Positions 1 through 18,000 of a stretch of 64,000 nucleotides of DNA are shown here, one piece after another; position 1 is the stretch's first letter, and every line of letters starts with the position of its first letter. The notes under the pieces were generated by a model, which was not told the DNA's origin, did not search any database, and worked only from the letters and a program-made list of their open reading frames with translations. Origin of the DNA: Eledone cirrhosa (lineage: Eukaryota). The DNA is taken from the NCBI GenBank assembly GCA_964016885.1, contig OZ024754.1:28644001-28708000 (forward strand), in the 5' to 3' direction. The position numbers and the translations under genes were made by a program.

Positions 1-3000
1 AACACCCTGAACACTAACTCCACCACTACTACCACCACCATACAATAACACCCTGAACACTAACTCCACCACTACTACCACCACCATACAATAACACCCT
101 GAACAGTAACTCCACCACTACTACCAACACCATACAATAACATCCTGAACAGTAACTCCACCACTACTACCACCTCCATACACTAACACCCTGAACAGTA
201 ACTCCACCACTACTACCACCACCATACAAAAACACCCTGAACACTAACTCCACCACTACTACCACCACCATACAATAACACCCTGAACAGTAACTCCACC
301 ACTACTACCAACACCATACAATAACACCCTGAACAGTAACTCCACCACCATACAATAACATCCTGAACAGTAACTCCACCACTACTACCAACACCATACA
401 ATAACATCCTGAACACTAACACCACCACTACTACCACCACCATACAATAACACCCTGAACAGTAACTCCACCACTACTACCACCACCATACAATAACACC
501 CTGAACAGTAACTCCACCACTACTACCAACACCATACAATAACATCCTGAACAGTAACTCCACCACTACTACCACCACCATACAATAACACCCTGAACAG
601 TAACTCCACCACTACTACCAACACCATACAATAACACCCTGAACAGTAGCTCCACCACTACTACCACCACCATACAATAACATCCTGAACAGTAACTCCA
701 CCACTACTACCAACACCATACACTAACACCCTGAACACTAACTCCACCACTACTACCACCACCATACAATAACATCCTGAACACTAACACCACCACTACT
801 ACCAACACCATACAATAACACCCTGAACAGTAACTCCACCACTTCTACCAACACCATACAATAACATCCTGAACACTAACTCCACCACTAATACCACCAC
901 CATACAATAACACCCTGAACAGTAACTCCACCACTACTACAACCACCATACACTAACACCCTGAACAGTAACTCCACCACTACTACCAACACCATAAAAT
1001 AACACCCTGAACAGTAACTCCACCACTTCTACCAACACCATACAATAACATCCTGAACACTAACTCCACCACTAATACCACCACCATACAATAACACCCT
1101 GAACAGTAGCTCCACCACTACTACAACCACCATACACTAACACCCTGAACAGTAACTCCACCACTACTACCAACACCATACAATAACATCCTGAACAGTA
1201 ACTCCACCACTACTACCACCACCATACAATAACACCCTGAACAGTAACTCCACCACTACTACCACCACCATACAATAACACCCTGAACAGTAACTCCACC
1301 ACTACTACCAACACCATACAATAACACCCTGAACACTAACTCCACCACTAATACCACCACCATACAATAACACCCTGAACACTAACTCCACCACTACTAC
1401 CAACACCATACAATAACACCCTGAACAGTAACTCCACCACTACTACCAACACCATACAATAACATCCTGAACAGTAACTCCACCACTACAACCAACACCA
1501 TACAATAACATCCTGAACAGTAACTCCACCACTAATACCACCACCATACAATAACACCCTGAACAGTAACTCCACCACTACTACCAACACCATACAATAA
1601 CGCCCTGAACAGTAACTCCACCACTACTACCAACACCATACAATAACATCCTGAACAGTAACTCCACCACTACTACCACCACCATACAATAACACCCTGA
1701 ACAGTAACTCCACCACTACTACCACCACCATACACTAACACTCTGAACAGTAACTCCACCACTACTACCACCACCATACAATAACACCCTGAACAGTAAC
1801 TCCACCACTACTACCACCACCATACAATAACACCCTGAACAGTAACTCCACCACTAATACCACCACCATACAATAACATCCTGAACAGTAACTCCACCAC
1901 TACTACAACCACCATACACTAACACCCTGAACAGTAACTCCACCACTACTACCAACACCATACAATAACATCCTGAACAGTAACTCCACCACTATTACCA
2001 CCACCATACAATAACATCCTGAACAGTAACTCCACCACTACTACCAACACCATACAATAACACCCTGAACACTAACTCCACCACTAATACCACCACCATA
2101 CAATAACACCCTGAACACTAACTCCACCACTACTACCAACACCATACAATAACACCCTGAACAGTAACTCCACCACTACTACCAACACCATACAATAACA
2201 TCCTGAACAGTAACTCCACCACTACTACCACCACCATACAATAACACCCTGAACAGTAACTCCACCACTACTACCACCACCATACAATAACACCCTGAAC
2301 AGTAACTCCACCACTACTACCACCTCCATACACTAACACCCTGAACAGTAACTCCACCACTACTACCACCACCATACAATAACACCCTGAACACTAACTC
2401 CACCACTACTAATACCACCATACAATAACACCCTGAACAGTAACTCCACCACTACTACCAACACCATACAATAACACCCTGAACAGTAACTCCACCACTT
2501 ACACCACCACCATACAATAACATCCTGAACAGTAACTCCACCACTACTACCAACACCATACAATAACATCCTGAACACTAACACCACCACTACTACCACC
2601 ACCATACAATAACACCCTGAACAGTAACTCCACCACTACTACCACCACCATACAATAACACCCTGAACAGTAACTCCACCACTACTACCAACACCATACA
2701 ATAACATCCTGAACAGTAACTCCACCACTACTACCACCACCATACAATAACACCCTGAACAGTAACTCCACCACTACTACCAACACCATACAATAACACC
2801 CTGAACAGTAGCTCCACCACTACTACCACCACCATACAATAACATCCTGAACAGTAACTCCACCACTACTACCAACACCATACACTAACACCCTGAACAC
2901 TAACTCCACCACTACTACCACCACCATACAATAACATCCTGAACACTAACACCACCACTACTACCAACACCATACACTAACACCCTGAACAGTAACTCCA

Positions 3001-6000
3001 CCACTACTACCAACACCATACAATAACACCCTGAACAGTAACTCCACCACTTCTACCAACACCATACAATAACATCCTGAACACTAACTCCACCACTAAT
3101 ACCACCACCATACAATAACACCCTGAACAGTAACTCCACCACTACTACAACCACCATACACTAACACCCTGAACAGTAACTCCACCACTACTACCAACAC
3201 CATACAATAACACCCTGAACAGTAACTCCACCACTTCTACCAACACCATACAATAACATCCTGAACACTAACTCCACCACTAATACCACCACCATACAAT
3301 AACACCCTGAACAGTAACTCCACCACTACTACCAACACCATACAATAACATCCTGAACAGTAACTCCACCACTACAACCAACACCATACAATAACATCCT
3401 GAACAGTAACTCCACCACTAATACCACCACCATACAATAACACCCTGAACAGTAACTCCACCACTACTACCAACACCATACAATAACGCCCTGAACAGTA
3501 ACTCCACCACTACTACCAACACCATACAATAACATCCTGAACAGTAACTCCACCACTACTACCACCACCATACAATAACACCCTGAACAGTAACTCCACC
3601 ACTACTACCACCACCATACACTAACACTCTGAACAGTAACTCCACCACTACTACCACCACCATACAATAACACCCTGAACAGTAACTCCACCACTACTAC
3701 CACCACCATACAATAACACCCTGAACAGTAACTCCACCACTAATACCACCACCATACAATAACATCCTGAACAGTAACTCCACCACTACTACAACCACCA
3801 TACACTAACACCCTGAACAGTAACTCCACCACTACTACCAACACCATACAATAACATCCTGAACAGTAACTCCACCACTACTACCACCACCATACAATAA
3901 CATCCTGAACAGTAACTCCACCACTACTACCAACACCATACAATAACACCCTGAACACTAACTCCACCACTAATACCACCACCATACAATAACACCCTGA
4001 ACACTAACTCCACCACTACTACCAACACCATACAATAACACCCTGAACAGTAACTCCACCACTACTACCAACACCATACAATAACATCCTGAACAGTAAC
4101 TCCACCACTACTACCACCACCATACAATAACACCCTGAACAGTAACTCCACCACTACTACCACCACCATACAATAACACCCTGAACAGTAACTCCACCAC
4201 TACTACCACCTCCATACACTAACACCCTGAACAGTAACTCCACCACTACTACCACCACCATACAATAACACCCTGAACACTAACTCCACCACTACTAATA
4301 CCACCATACAATAACACCCTGAACAGTAACTCCACCACTACTACCAACACCATACAATAACACCCTGAACAGTAACTCCACCACTTACACCACCACCATA
4401 CAATAACATCCTGAACAGTAACTCCACCACTACTACCAACACCATACAATAACATCCTGAACACTAACACCACCACTACTACCACCACCATACAATAACA
4501 CCCTGAACAGTAACTCCACCACTACTACCACCACCATACAATAACACCCTGAACAGTAACTCCACCACTACTACCAACACCATACAATAACATCCTGAAC
4601 AGTAACTCCACCACTACTACCACCACCATACAATAACACCCTGAACAGTAACTCCACCACTACTACCAACACCATACAATAACACCCTGAACAGTAGCTC
4701 CACCACTACTACCACCACCATACAATAACATCCTGAACAGTAACTCCACCACTACTACCAACACCATACACTAACACCCTGAACACTAACTCCACCACTA
4801 CTACCACCACCATACAATAACATCCTGAACACTAACACCACCACTACTACCAACACCATACACTAACACCCTGAACAGTAACTCCACCACTACTACCAAC
4901 ACCATACAATAACACCCTGAACAGTAACTCCACCACTTCTACCAACACCATACAATAACATCCTGAACACTAACTCCACCACTAATACCACCACCATACA
5001 ATAACACCCTGAACAGTAACTCCACCACTACTACAACCACCATACACTAACACCCTGAACAGTAACTCCACCACTACTACCAACACCATACAATAACACC
5101 CTGAACAGTAACTCCACCACTTCTACCAACACCATACAATAACATCCTGAACACTAACTCCACCACTAATACCACCACCATACAATAACACCCTGAACAG
5201 TAACTCCACCACTACTACAACCACCATACACTAACACCCTGAACAGTAACTCCACCACTACTACCAACACCATACAATAACATCCTGAACAGTAACTCCA
5301 CCACTACTACCACCACCATACAATAACACCCTGAACAGTAACTCCACCACTTCTACCAACACCATACAATAACATCCTGAACAGTAACTCCACCACTACT
5401 ACCACCACCATACAATAACACCCTGAACAGTAACTCCACCACTACTACCACCACCATACACTAACACTCTGAACAGTAACTCCACCACTACTACCACCAC
5501 CATACAATAACACCCTGAACAGTAACTCCACCACTACTACCACCACCATACAATAACACCCTGAACAGTAACTCCACCACTAATACCACCACCATACAAT
5601 AACATCCTGAACAGTAACTCCACCACTACTACAACCACCATACACTAACACCCAGAACAGTAACTCCACCACTACTACCAACACCATACAATAACATCCT
5701 GAACAGTAACTCCACCACTACTACCACCACCATACAATAACATCCTGAACAGTAACTCCACCACTACTACCAACACCATACAATAACACCCTGAACACTA
5801 ACTCCACCACTAATACCACCACCATACAATAACACCCTGAACACTAACTCCACCACTACTACCACCACCATACAATAACACCCTGAACACTAACTCCACC
5901 ACTACTACCACCACCATACAATAACACCCTGAACAGTAACTCCACCACTACTACCACCACCATACACTAACACTCTGAACAGTAACTCCACCACTACTAC

Positions 6001-9000
6001 CACCACCATACAATAACACCCTGAACAGTAACTCCACCACTACTACCACCACCATACAATAACACCCTGAACAGTAACTCCACCACTAATACCACCACCA
6101 TACAATAACATCCTGAACAGTAACTCCACCACTACTACAACCACCATACACTAACACCCTGAACAGTAACTCCACCACTACTACCAACACCATACAATAA
6201 CATCCTGAACAGTAACTCCACCACTACTACCACCACCATACAATAACATCCTGAACAGTAACTCCACCACTACTACCAACACCATACAATAACACCCTGA
6301 ACACTAACTCCACCACTAATACCACCACCATACAATAACACCCTGAACACTAACTCCACCACTACTACCAACACCATACAATAACACCCTGAACAGTAAC
6401 TCCACCACTACTACCAACACCATACAATAACATCCTGAACAGTAACTCCACCACTACTACCACCACCATACAATAACACCCTGAACAGTAACTCCACCAC
6501 TACTACCACCACCATACAATAACACCCTGAACAGTAACTCCACCACTACTACCACCTCCATACACTAACACCCTGAACAGTAACTCCACCACTACTACCA
6601 CCACCATACAATAACACCCTGAACACTAACTCCACCACTACTAATACCACCATACAATAACACCCTGAACAGTAACTCCACCACTACTACCAACACCATA
6701 CAATAACACCCTGAACAGTAACTCCACCACTTACACCACCACCATACAATAACATCCTGAACAGTAACTCCACCACTACTACCAACACCATACAATAACA
6801 TCCTGAACACTAACACCACCACTACTACCACCACCATACAATAACACCCTGAACAGTAACTCCACCACTACTACCACCACCATACAATAACACCCTGAAC
6901 AGTAACTCCACCACTACTACCAACACCATACAATAACATCCTGAACAGTAACTCCACCACTACTACCACCACCATACAATAACACCCTGAACAGTAACTC
7001 CACCACTACTACCAACACCATACAATAACACCCTGAACAGTAGCTCCACCACTACTACCACCACCATACAATAACATCCTGAACAGTAACTCCACCACTA
7101 CTACCAACACCATACACTAACACCCTGAACACTAACTCCACCACTACTACCACCACCATACAATAACATCCTGAACACTAACACCACCACTACTACCAAC
7201 ACCATACACTAACACCCTGAACAGTAACTCCACCACTACTACCAACACCATACAATAACACCCTGAACAGTAACTCCACCACTTCTACCAACACCATACA
7301 ATAACATCCTGAACACTAACTCCACCACTAATACCACCACCATACAATAACACCCTGAACAGTAACTCCACCACTACTACAACCACCATACACTAACACC
7401 CTGAACAGTAACTCCACCACTACTACCAACACCATACAATAACACCCTGAACAGTAACTCCACCACTTCTACCAACACCATACAATAACATCCTGAACAC
7501 TAACTCCACCACTAATACCACCACCATACAATAACACCCTGAACAGTAACTCCACCACTACTACCAACACCATACAATAACATCCTGAACAGTAACTCCA
7601 CCACTACAACCAACACCATACAATAACATCCTGAACAGTAACTCCACCACTAATACCACCACCATACAATAACACCCTGAACAGTAACTCCACCACTACT
7701 ACCAACACCATACAATAACGCCCTGAACAGTAACTCCACCACTACTACCAACACCATACAATAACATCCTGAACAGTAACTCCACCACTACTACCACCAC
7801 CATACAATAACACCCTGAACAGTAACTCCACCACTACTACCACCACCATACACTAACACTCTGAACAGTAACTCCACCACTACTACCACCACCATACAAT
7901 AACACCCTGAACAGTAACTCCACCACTACTACCACCACCATACAATAACACCCTGAACAGTAACTCCACCACTAATACCACCACCATACAATAACATCCT
8001 GAACAGTAACTCCACCACTACTACAACCACCATACACTAACACCCTGAACAGTAACTCCACCACTACTACCAACACCATACAATAACATCCTGAACAGTA
8101 ACTCCACCACTACTACCACCACCATACAATAACATCCTGAACAGTAACTCCACCACTACTACCAACACCATACAATAACACCCTGAACACTAACTCCACC
8201 ACTAATACCACCACCATACAATAACACCCTGAACACTAACTCCACCACTACTACCAACACCATACAATAACACCCTGAACAGTAACTCCACCACTACTAC
8301 CAACACCATACAATAACATCCTGAACAGTAACTCCACCACTACTACCACCACCATACAATAACACCCTGAACAGTAACTCCACCACTACTACCACCACCA
8401 TACAATAACACCCTGAACAGTAACTCCACCACTACTACCACCTCCATACACTAACACCCTGAACAGTAACTCCACCACTACTACCACCACCATACAATAA
8501 CACCCTGAACACTAACTCCACCACTACTAATACCACCATACAATAACACCCTGAACAGTAACTCCACCACTACTACCAACACCATACAATAACACCCTGA
8601 ACAGTAACTCCACCACTTACACCACCACCATACAATAACATCCTGAACAGTAACTCCACCACTACTACCAACACCATACAATAACATCCTGAACACTAAC
8701 ACCACCACTACTACCACCACCATACAATAACACCCTGAACAGTAACTCCACCACTACTACCACCACCATACAATAACACCCTGAACAGTAACTCCACCAC
8801 TACTACCAACACCATACAATAACATCCTGAACAGTAACTCCACCACTACTACCACCACCATACAATAACACCCTGAACAGTAACTCCACCACTACTACCA
8901 ACACCATACAATAACACCCTGAACAGTAGCTCCACCACTACTACCACCACCATACAATAACATCCTGAACAGTAACTCCACCACTACTACCAACACCATA

Positions 9001-12000
9001 CACTAACACCCTGAACACTAACTCCACCACTACTACCACCACCATACAATAACATCCTGAACACTAACACCACCACTACTACCAACACCATACACTAACA
9101 CCCTGAACAGTAACTCCACCACTACTACCAACACCATACAATAACACCCTGAACAGTAACTCCACCACTTCTACCAACACCATACAATAACATCCTGAAC
9201 ACTAACTCCACCACTAATACCACCACCATACAATAACACCCTGAACAGTAACTCCACCACTACTACAACCACCATACACTAACACCCTGAACAGTAACTC
9301 CACCACTACTACCAACACCATACAATAACACCCTGAACAGTAACTCCACCACTTCTACCAACACCATACAATAACATCCTGAACACTAACTCCACCACTA
9401 ATACCACCACCATACAATAACACCCTGAACAGTAACTCCACCACTACTACAACCACCATACACTAACACCCTGAACAGTAACTCCACCACTACTACCAAC
9501 ACCATACAATAACATCCTGAACAGTAACTCCACCACTACTACCACCACCATACAATAACACCCTGAACAGTAACTCCACCACTTCTACCAACACCATACA
9601 ATAACATCCTGAACAGTAACTCCACCACTACTACCACCACCATACAATAACACCCTGAACAGTAACTCCACCACTACTACCACCACCATACACTAACACT
9701 CTGAACAGTAACTCCACCACTACTACCACCACCATACAATAACACCCTGAACAGTAACTCCACCACTACTACCACCACCATACAATAACACCCTGAACAG
9801 TAACTCCACCACTAATACCACCACCATACAATAACATCCTGAACAGTAACTCCACCACTACTACAACCACCATACACTAACACCCAGAACAGTAACTCCA
9901 CCACTACTACCAACACCATACAATAACATCCTGAACAGTAACTCCACCACTACTACCACCACCATACAATAACATCCTGAACAGTAACTCCACCACTACT
10001 ACCAACACCATACAATAACACCCTGAACACTAACTCCACCACTAATACCACCACCATACAATAACACCCTGAACACTAACTCCACCACTACTACCAACAC
10101 CATACAATAACACCCTGAACAGTAACTCCACCACTACTACCACCACCATACAATAACATCCTGAACAGTAACTCCACCACTACTACCACCACCATACAAT
10201 AACACCCTGAACAGTAACTCCACCACTACTACCACCACCATACAATAACACCCTGAACAGTAACTCCACCACTACTACCACCTCCATACACTAACACCCT
10301 GAACAGTAACTCCACCACTACTACCACCACCATACAATAACACCCTGAACACTAACTCCACCACTACTACCACCACCATACAATAACACCCTGAACAGTA
10401 ACTCCACCACTACTACCAACACCATACAATAACACCCTGAACAGTAACTCCACCACTTACACCACCACCATACAATAACATCCTGAACAGTAACTCCACC
10501 ACTACTACCAACACCATACAATAACATCCTGAACACTAACACCACCACTACTACCACCACCATACAATAACACCCTGAACAGTAACTCCACCACTACTAC
10601 CACCACCATACAATAACACCCTGAACAGTAACTCCACCACTACTACCAACACCATACAATAACATCCTGAACAGTAACTCCACCACTACTACCACCACCA
10701 TACAATAACACCCTGAACAGTAACTCCACCACTACTACCAACACCATACAATAACACCCTGAACAGTAGCTCCACCACTACTACCACCACCATACAATAA
10801 CATCCTGAACAGTAACTCCACCACTACTACCAACACCATACACTAACACCCTGAACACTAACTCCACCACTACTACCACCACCATACAATAACATCCTGA
10901 ACACTAACACCACCACTACTACCAACACCATACACTAACACCCTGAACAGTAACTCCACCACTACTACCAACACCATACAATAACACCCTGAACAGTAAC
11001 TCCACCACTTCTACCAACACCATACAATAACATCCTGAACACTAACTCCACCACTAATACCACCACCATACAATAACACCCTGAACAGTAACTCCACCAC
11101 TACTACAACCACCATACACTAACACCCTGAACAGTAACTCCACCACTACTACCAACACCATACAATAACACCCTGAAAAGTAACTCCACCACTTCTACCA
11201 ACACCATACAATAACATCCTGAACACTAACTCCACCACTAATACCACCACCATACAATAACATCCTGAACAGTAACTCCACCACTACTACAACCACCATA
11301 CACTAACACCCTGAACAGTAACTCCACCACTACTACCAACACCATACAATAACATCCTGAACAGTAACTCCACCACTACTACCACCACCATACAATAACA
11401 CCCTGAACAGTAACTCCACCACTACTACCACCACCATACAATAACACCCTGAACAGTAACTCCACCACTACTACCAACACCATACAATAACACCCTGAAC
11501 ACTAACTCCACCACTAATACCACCACCATACAATAACACCCTGAACACTAACTCCACCACTACTACCAACACCATACAATAACACGCTGAACAGTAACTC
11601 CACCACTACTACCAACACCATACAATAACATCCTGAACAGTAACTCCACCACTACAACCAACACCATACAATAACATCCTGAACAGTAACTCCACCACTA
11701 ATACCACCACCATACAATAACACCCTGAACAGTAACTCCACCACTACTACCAACACCATACAATAACGCCCTGAACAGTAACTCCACCACTACTACCAAC
11801 ACCATACAATAACATCCTGAACAGTAACTCCACCACTACTACCACCACCATACAATAACACCCTGAACAGTAACTCCACCACTACTACCACCACCATACA
11901 CTAACACTCTGAACAGTAACTCCACCACTACTACCACCACCATACAATAACACCCTGAACAGTAACTCCACCACTACTACCACCACCATACAATAACACC

Positions 12001-15000
12001 CTGAACAGTAACTCCACCACTACTACAACCACCATACACTAACACCCTGAACAGTAACTCCACCACTACTACCAACACCATACAATAACATCCTGAACAG
12101 TAACTCCACCACTACTACCACCACCATACAATAACATCCTGAACAGTAACTCCACCACTACTACCAACACCATACAATAACACCCTGAACACTAACTCCA
12201 CCACTAATACCACCACCATACAATAACACCCTGAACACTAACTCCACCACTAATACCACCACCATACAATAACACCCTGAACACTAACTCCACCACTACT
12301 ACCAACACCATACAATAACACCCTGAACAGTAACTCCACCACTACTACCAACACCATACAATAACATCCTGAACAGTAACTCCACCACTACTACCACCAC
12401 CATACAATAACACCCTGAACAGTAACTCCACCACTACTACCACCACCATACAATAACACCCTGAACAGTAACTCCACCACTACTACCAACACCATACAAT
12501 AACACCCTGAACACTAACTCCACCACTAATACCACCACCATACAATAACACCCTGAACACTAACTCCACCACTACTACCAACACCATACAATAACACCCT
12601 GAACAGTAACTCCACCACTACTACCAACACCATACAATAACATCCTGAACAGTAACTCCACCACTACTACCACCACCATACAATAACACCCTGAACAGTA
12701 ACTCCACCACTACTACCACCACCATACAATAACACCCTGAACAGTAACTCCACCACTACTACCAACACCATACAATAACACCCTGAACACTAACTCCACC
12801 ACTAATACCACCACCATACAATAACACCCTGAACACTAACTCCACCACTACTACCAACACCATACAATAACACCCTGAACAGTAACTCCACCACTACTAC
12901 CACCACCATACAATAACATCCTGAACAGTAACTCCACCACTACTACCAACACCATACAATAACATCCTGAACAGTAACTCCACCACTAATACTACCACCA
13001 TACAATAACACCCTGAACAGTAACTCCACCACTACTACCACCACCATACAATAACACCCTGAACAGTAACTCCACCACTACTACCACCACCATACACTAA
13101 CACCCTGAACAGTAACTCCACCACTACTACCACCACCATACACTAACACTCTGAACAGTAACTCCACCACTACTACCACCACCATACAATAACACCCTGA
13201 ACAGTAACTCCACCACTACTACCACCACCATACACTAACACCCTGAACAGTAACTCCACCACTACTACCACCACCATACACTAACACTCTGAACAGTAAC
13301 TCCACCACTACTACCACCACCATACACTAACACTCTGAACACTAACTCCACCACTACTACCAACACCATACAATAACATCCTGAACAGTAACTCCACCAC
13401 TACTACCAACACCATACACTAACACCCTGAACACTAACTCCACCACTACTACAACCACCATACAATAACACCCTGAACACTAACTCCACCACTACTACCA
13501 ACACCATACAATAACACCCTGAACAGTAACTCCACCACTACTACCAACACCATACAATAACATCCTGAACAGTAACTCCACCACTACTACCAACACCATA
13601 CAATAACACCCTGAACAGTAACTCCACCACTACTACCACCACCATACAATAACATCCTGAACAGTAACTCCACCACTACTACCACCACCATACAATAACA
13701 CCCTGAACAGTAACTCCACCACTACTACCAACACCATACAATAACACCCTGAACAGTAACTCCACCACTACTACCAACACCATACAATAACATCCTGAAC
13801 AGTAACTCCACCACTACTACCAACACCATACAATAACATCCTGAACAGTAACTCCACCACTACTACCAACACCATACAATAACACCCTGAACAGTAACTC
13901 CACCACTACTACCAACACCATACAATAACATCCTGAACAGTAACTCCACCACTACTACCACCACCATACAATAACACCCTGAACAGTAACTCCACCACTA
14001 CTACCACCACCATACAATAACATCCTGAACAGTAACTCCACCACTACTACCACCACCATACAATAACACCCTGAACAGTAACTCCACCACTACTACCAAC
14101 ACCATACAATAACATCCTGAACAGTAACTCCACCACTACTACCACCACCATACAATAACACCCTGAACAGTAACTCCACCACTACTACCACCACCATACA
14201 ATAACACCCTGAACAGTAACTCCACCACTAATACCACCACCATACAATAACACCCTGAACACTAACTCCACTACTACTACCAACACCATACAATAACACC
14301 CTGAACAGTAACTCCACCACTACTACCACCACCATACACTAACACTCTGAACAGTAACTCCACCACTACTACCAACACCATACAATAACACCCTGAACAC
14401 TAACTCCACCACTACTACCAACACCATACAATAACACCCTGAACACTAACTCCACCACTAATACCAACACCATACAATAACATCCTGAACAGTAACTCCA
14501 CCACTACTACCACCACCATACAATAACACCCTGAACAGTAACTCCACCACTACTACCACCACCATACACTAACACCCTGAACACTAACTCCACCACTACT
14601 ACCACCACCATACAATAACACCCTGAACACTAACTCCACCACTACTACCACCACCATACAATAACACCCTGAACACTAACTCCACCACTACTACAACCAC
14701 CATACACTAACACCCTGAACACTAACTCCACCACTACTACCACCACCATACACTAACACCCTGAACACTAACTCCACCACTACTACCACCACCATACAAT
14801 AACACCCTGAACACTAACTCCACCACTACTACCACCACCATACACTAACACCCTGAACACTAACTCCACCACTAATACCAACACCATACAATAACATCCT
14901 GAACAGTAACTCCACCACTACTACCACCACCATACAATAACACCCTGAACAGTAACTCCACCACTACTACCACCACCATACACTAACACCCTGAACACTA

Positions 15001-18000
15001 ACTCCACCACTACTACCACCACCATACAATAACACCCTGAACACTAACTCCACCACTACTACCACCACCATACAATAACACCCTGAACACTAACTCCACC
15101 ACTACTACCACCACCATACACTAACACCCTGAACACTAACTCCACCACTACTACCACCACCATACACTAACACCCTGAACACTAACTCCACCACTACTAC
15201 CACCACCATACAATAACACCCTGAACAGTAACTCCACCACTACTACCACCACCATACACTAACACCCTGAACAGTAACTCCACCACTACTACCACCACCA
15301 TACAATAACACCCCGAACAGTAACTCCACCACTACTACCACCACCATACAATAACACCCTGAACAGTAACTCCACCACTACTACCACCACCATACAATAA
15401 CACCCTGAACAGTAACTCCACCACTACTACCACCACCATACAATAACACCCTGAACAGTAACTCCACCACTACTACCACCACCATACAATAACACCCTGA
15501 ACAGTAACTCCACCACTACTACCAACACCATACAATAACACCCTGAACAGTAACTCCACCACTACTACCAACACCATACAATAACACCCTGAACAGTAAC
15601 TCCACCACTACTACCAACACCATACAATAACACCCTGAACAGTAACTCCACCACTACTACCAACACACACTACACTAACATCCTGAACACTAACTCCACC
15701 ACTAATACCACCACCATACAATAACACCCTGAACACTAACTCCACCACTAATACCACCACCATACAATAACACCCTGAACAGTAACTCCACCACTACTAC
15801 CACCACCATACAATAACACCCTGAACAGTAACTCTACCACTACTACCAACACCATACAATAACACCCTGAACACTAACTCCACCACTACTACCAACACCA
15901 TACAATAACACCCTGAACAGTAACTCCACCACTACTACCACCACCATACAATAACACCCTGAACAGTAACTCCACCACTACTACCAACACACACTACACT
16001 AACATCCTGAACACTAACTCCACCACTAATACCACCACCATACAATAACACCCTGAACACTAACTCCACCACTAATACCACCACCATACAATAACACCCT
16101 GAACAGTAACTCCACCACTACTACCAACACCATACAATAACACCCTGAACACTAACTCCACCACTACTATCAACACCATACAATAACACCCTGAACAGTA
16201 ACTCCACCACTACTACCACCACCATACAATAACACCCTGAACAGTAACTCCACCACTACTACCACCACCATACAATAACACCCTGAACAGTAACTCCACC
16301 ACTACTACCAACACCATACAATAACACCCTGAACACTAACTCCACCACTAATACCACCACCATACAATAACACCCTGAACAGTAACTCCACCACTACTAC
16401 CACCACCATACAATAACACCCTGAACAGTAACTCCACCACTACTACCAACACCATACAATAACACCCTGAACAGTAACTCCACCACTACTACCAACACAC
16501 ACTACACTAACATCCTGAACACTAACTCCACCACTAATACCACCACCATACAATAACACCCTGAACACTAACTCCACCACTAATACCACCACCATACAAT
16601 AACACCCTGAACAGTAACTCCACCACTACTACCACCACCATACAATAACACCCTGAACAGTAACTCCACCACTACTACCAACACCATACAATAACACCCT
16701 GAACACTAACTCCACCACTAATACCACCACCATACAATAACACCCTGAACAGTAACTCCACCACTACTACCACCACCATACAATAACACCCTGAACAGTA
16801 ACTCCACCACTACTACCAACACCATACAATAACACCCTGAACAGTAACTCCACCACTACTACCAACACACACTACACTAACATCCTGAACACTAACTCCA
16901 CCACTAATACCACCACCATACAATAACACCCTGAACACTAACTCCACCACTAATACCACCACCATACCATAACACCCTGAACAGTAACTCCACCACTACT
17001 ACCACCACCATACAATAACACCCTGAACAGTAACTCCACCACTACTACCAACACCATACAATAACACCCTGAACACTAACTCCACCACTACTACCAACAC
17101 CATACAATAACATCCTGAACACTAACTCCACCACTAATACCACCACCATACAATAACATCCTGAACAGTAACTCCACCACTACTACCACCACCATACAAT
17201 AACACCCTGAACAGTAACTCCACCACTACTACCACCACCATACAATAACACCCTGAACAGTAACTCCACCACTACTACCAACACCATACAATAACACCCT
17301 GAACACTAACTCCACCACTAATACCACCACCATACAATAACACCCTGAACTCTAACTCCACCACTACTACCAACACCATACAATAACACCCTGAACAGTA
17401 ACTCCACCACTACTACCACCACCATACAATAACACCCTGAACAGTAACTCCACCACTACTACCACCACCATACAATAACACCCTGAACAGTAACTCCACC
17501 ACTACTACCACCACCATACAATAACACCCTGAACAGTAACTCCACCACTACTACCACCACCATACAATAACACCCTGAACAGTAACTCCACCACTACTAC
17601 CACCACCATACAATAACACCCTGAACAGTAACTCCACCACTACTACCACCACCATACAATAACACCCTGAACAGTAACTCCACCACTACTACCACCACCA
17701 TACAATAACACCCTGAACAGTAACTCCACCACTACTACCACCACCATACAATAACACCCTGAACAGTAACTCCACCACTACTACCACCACCATACAATAA
17801 CACCCTGAACAGTAACTCCACCACTACTACCAACACCATACAATAACACCCTGAACACTAACTCCACCACTAATACCACCACCATACAATAACACCCTGA
17901 AAACTAACTCCACCACTACTACCAACACCATACAATAACACCCTGAACAGTAACTCCACCACTACTACCACCACCATACAATAACACCCTGAACAGTAAC

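Noticed and set aside
213-10563. Six near-identical 76-80-aa Val/Gly/Trp-rich minus-strand ORFs
   Set aside because: They are chance stop-free readings of satellite variants, useful only as higher-order-repeat markers.
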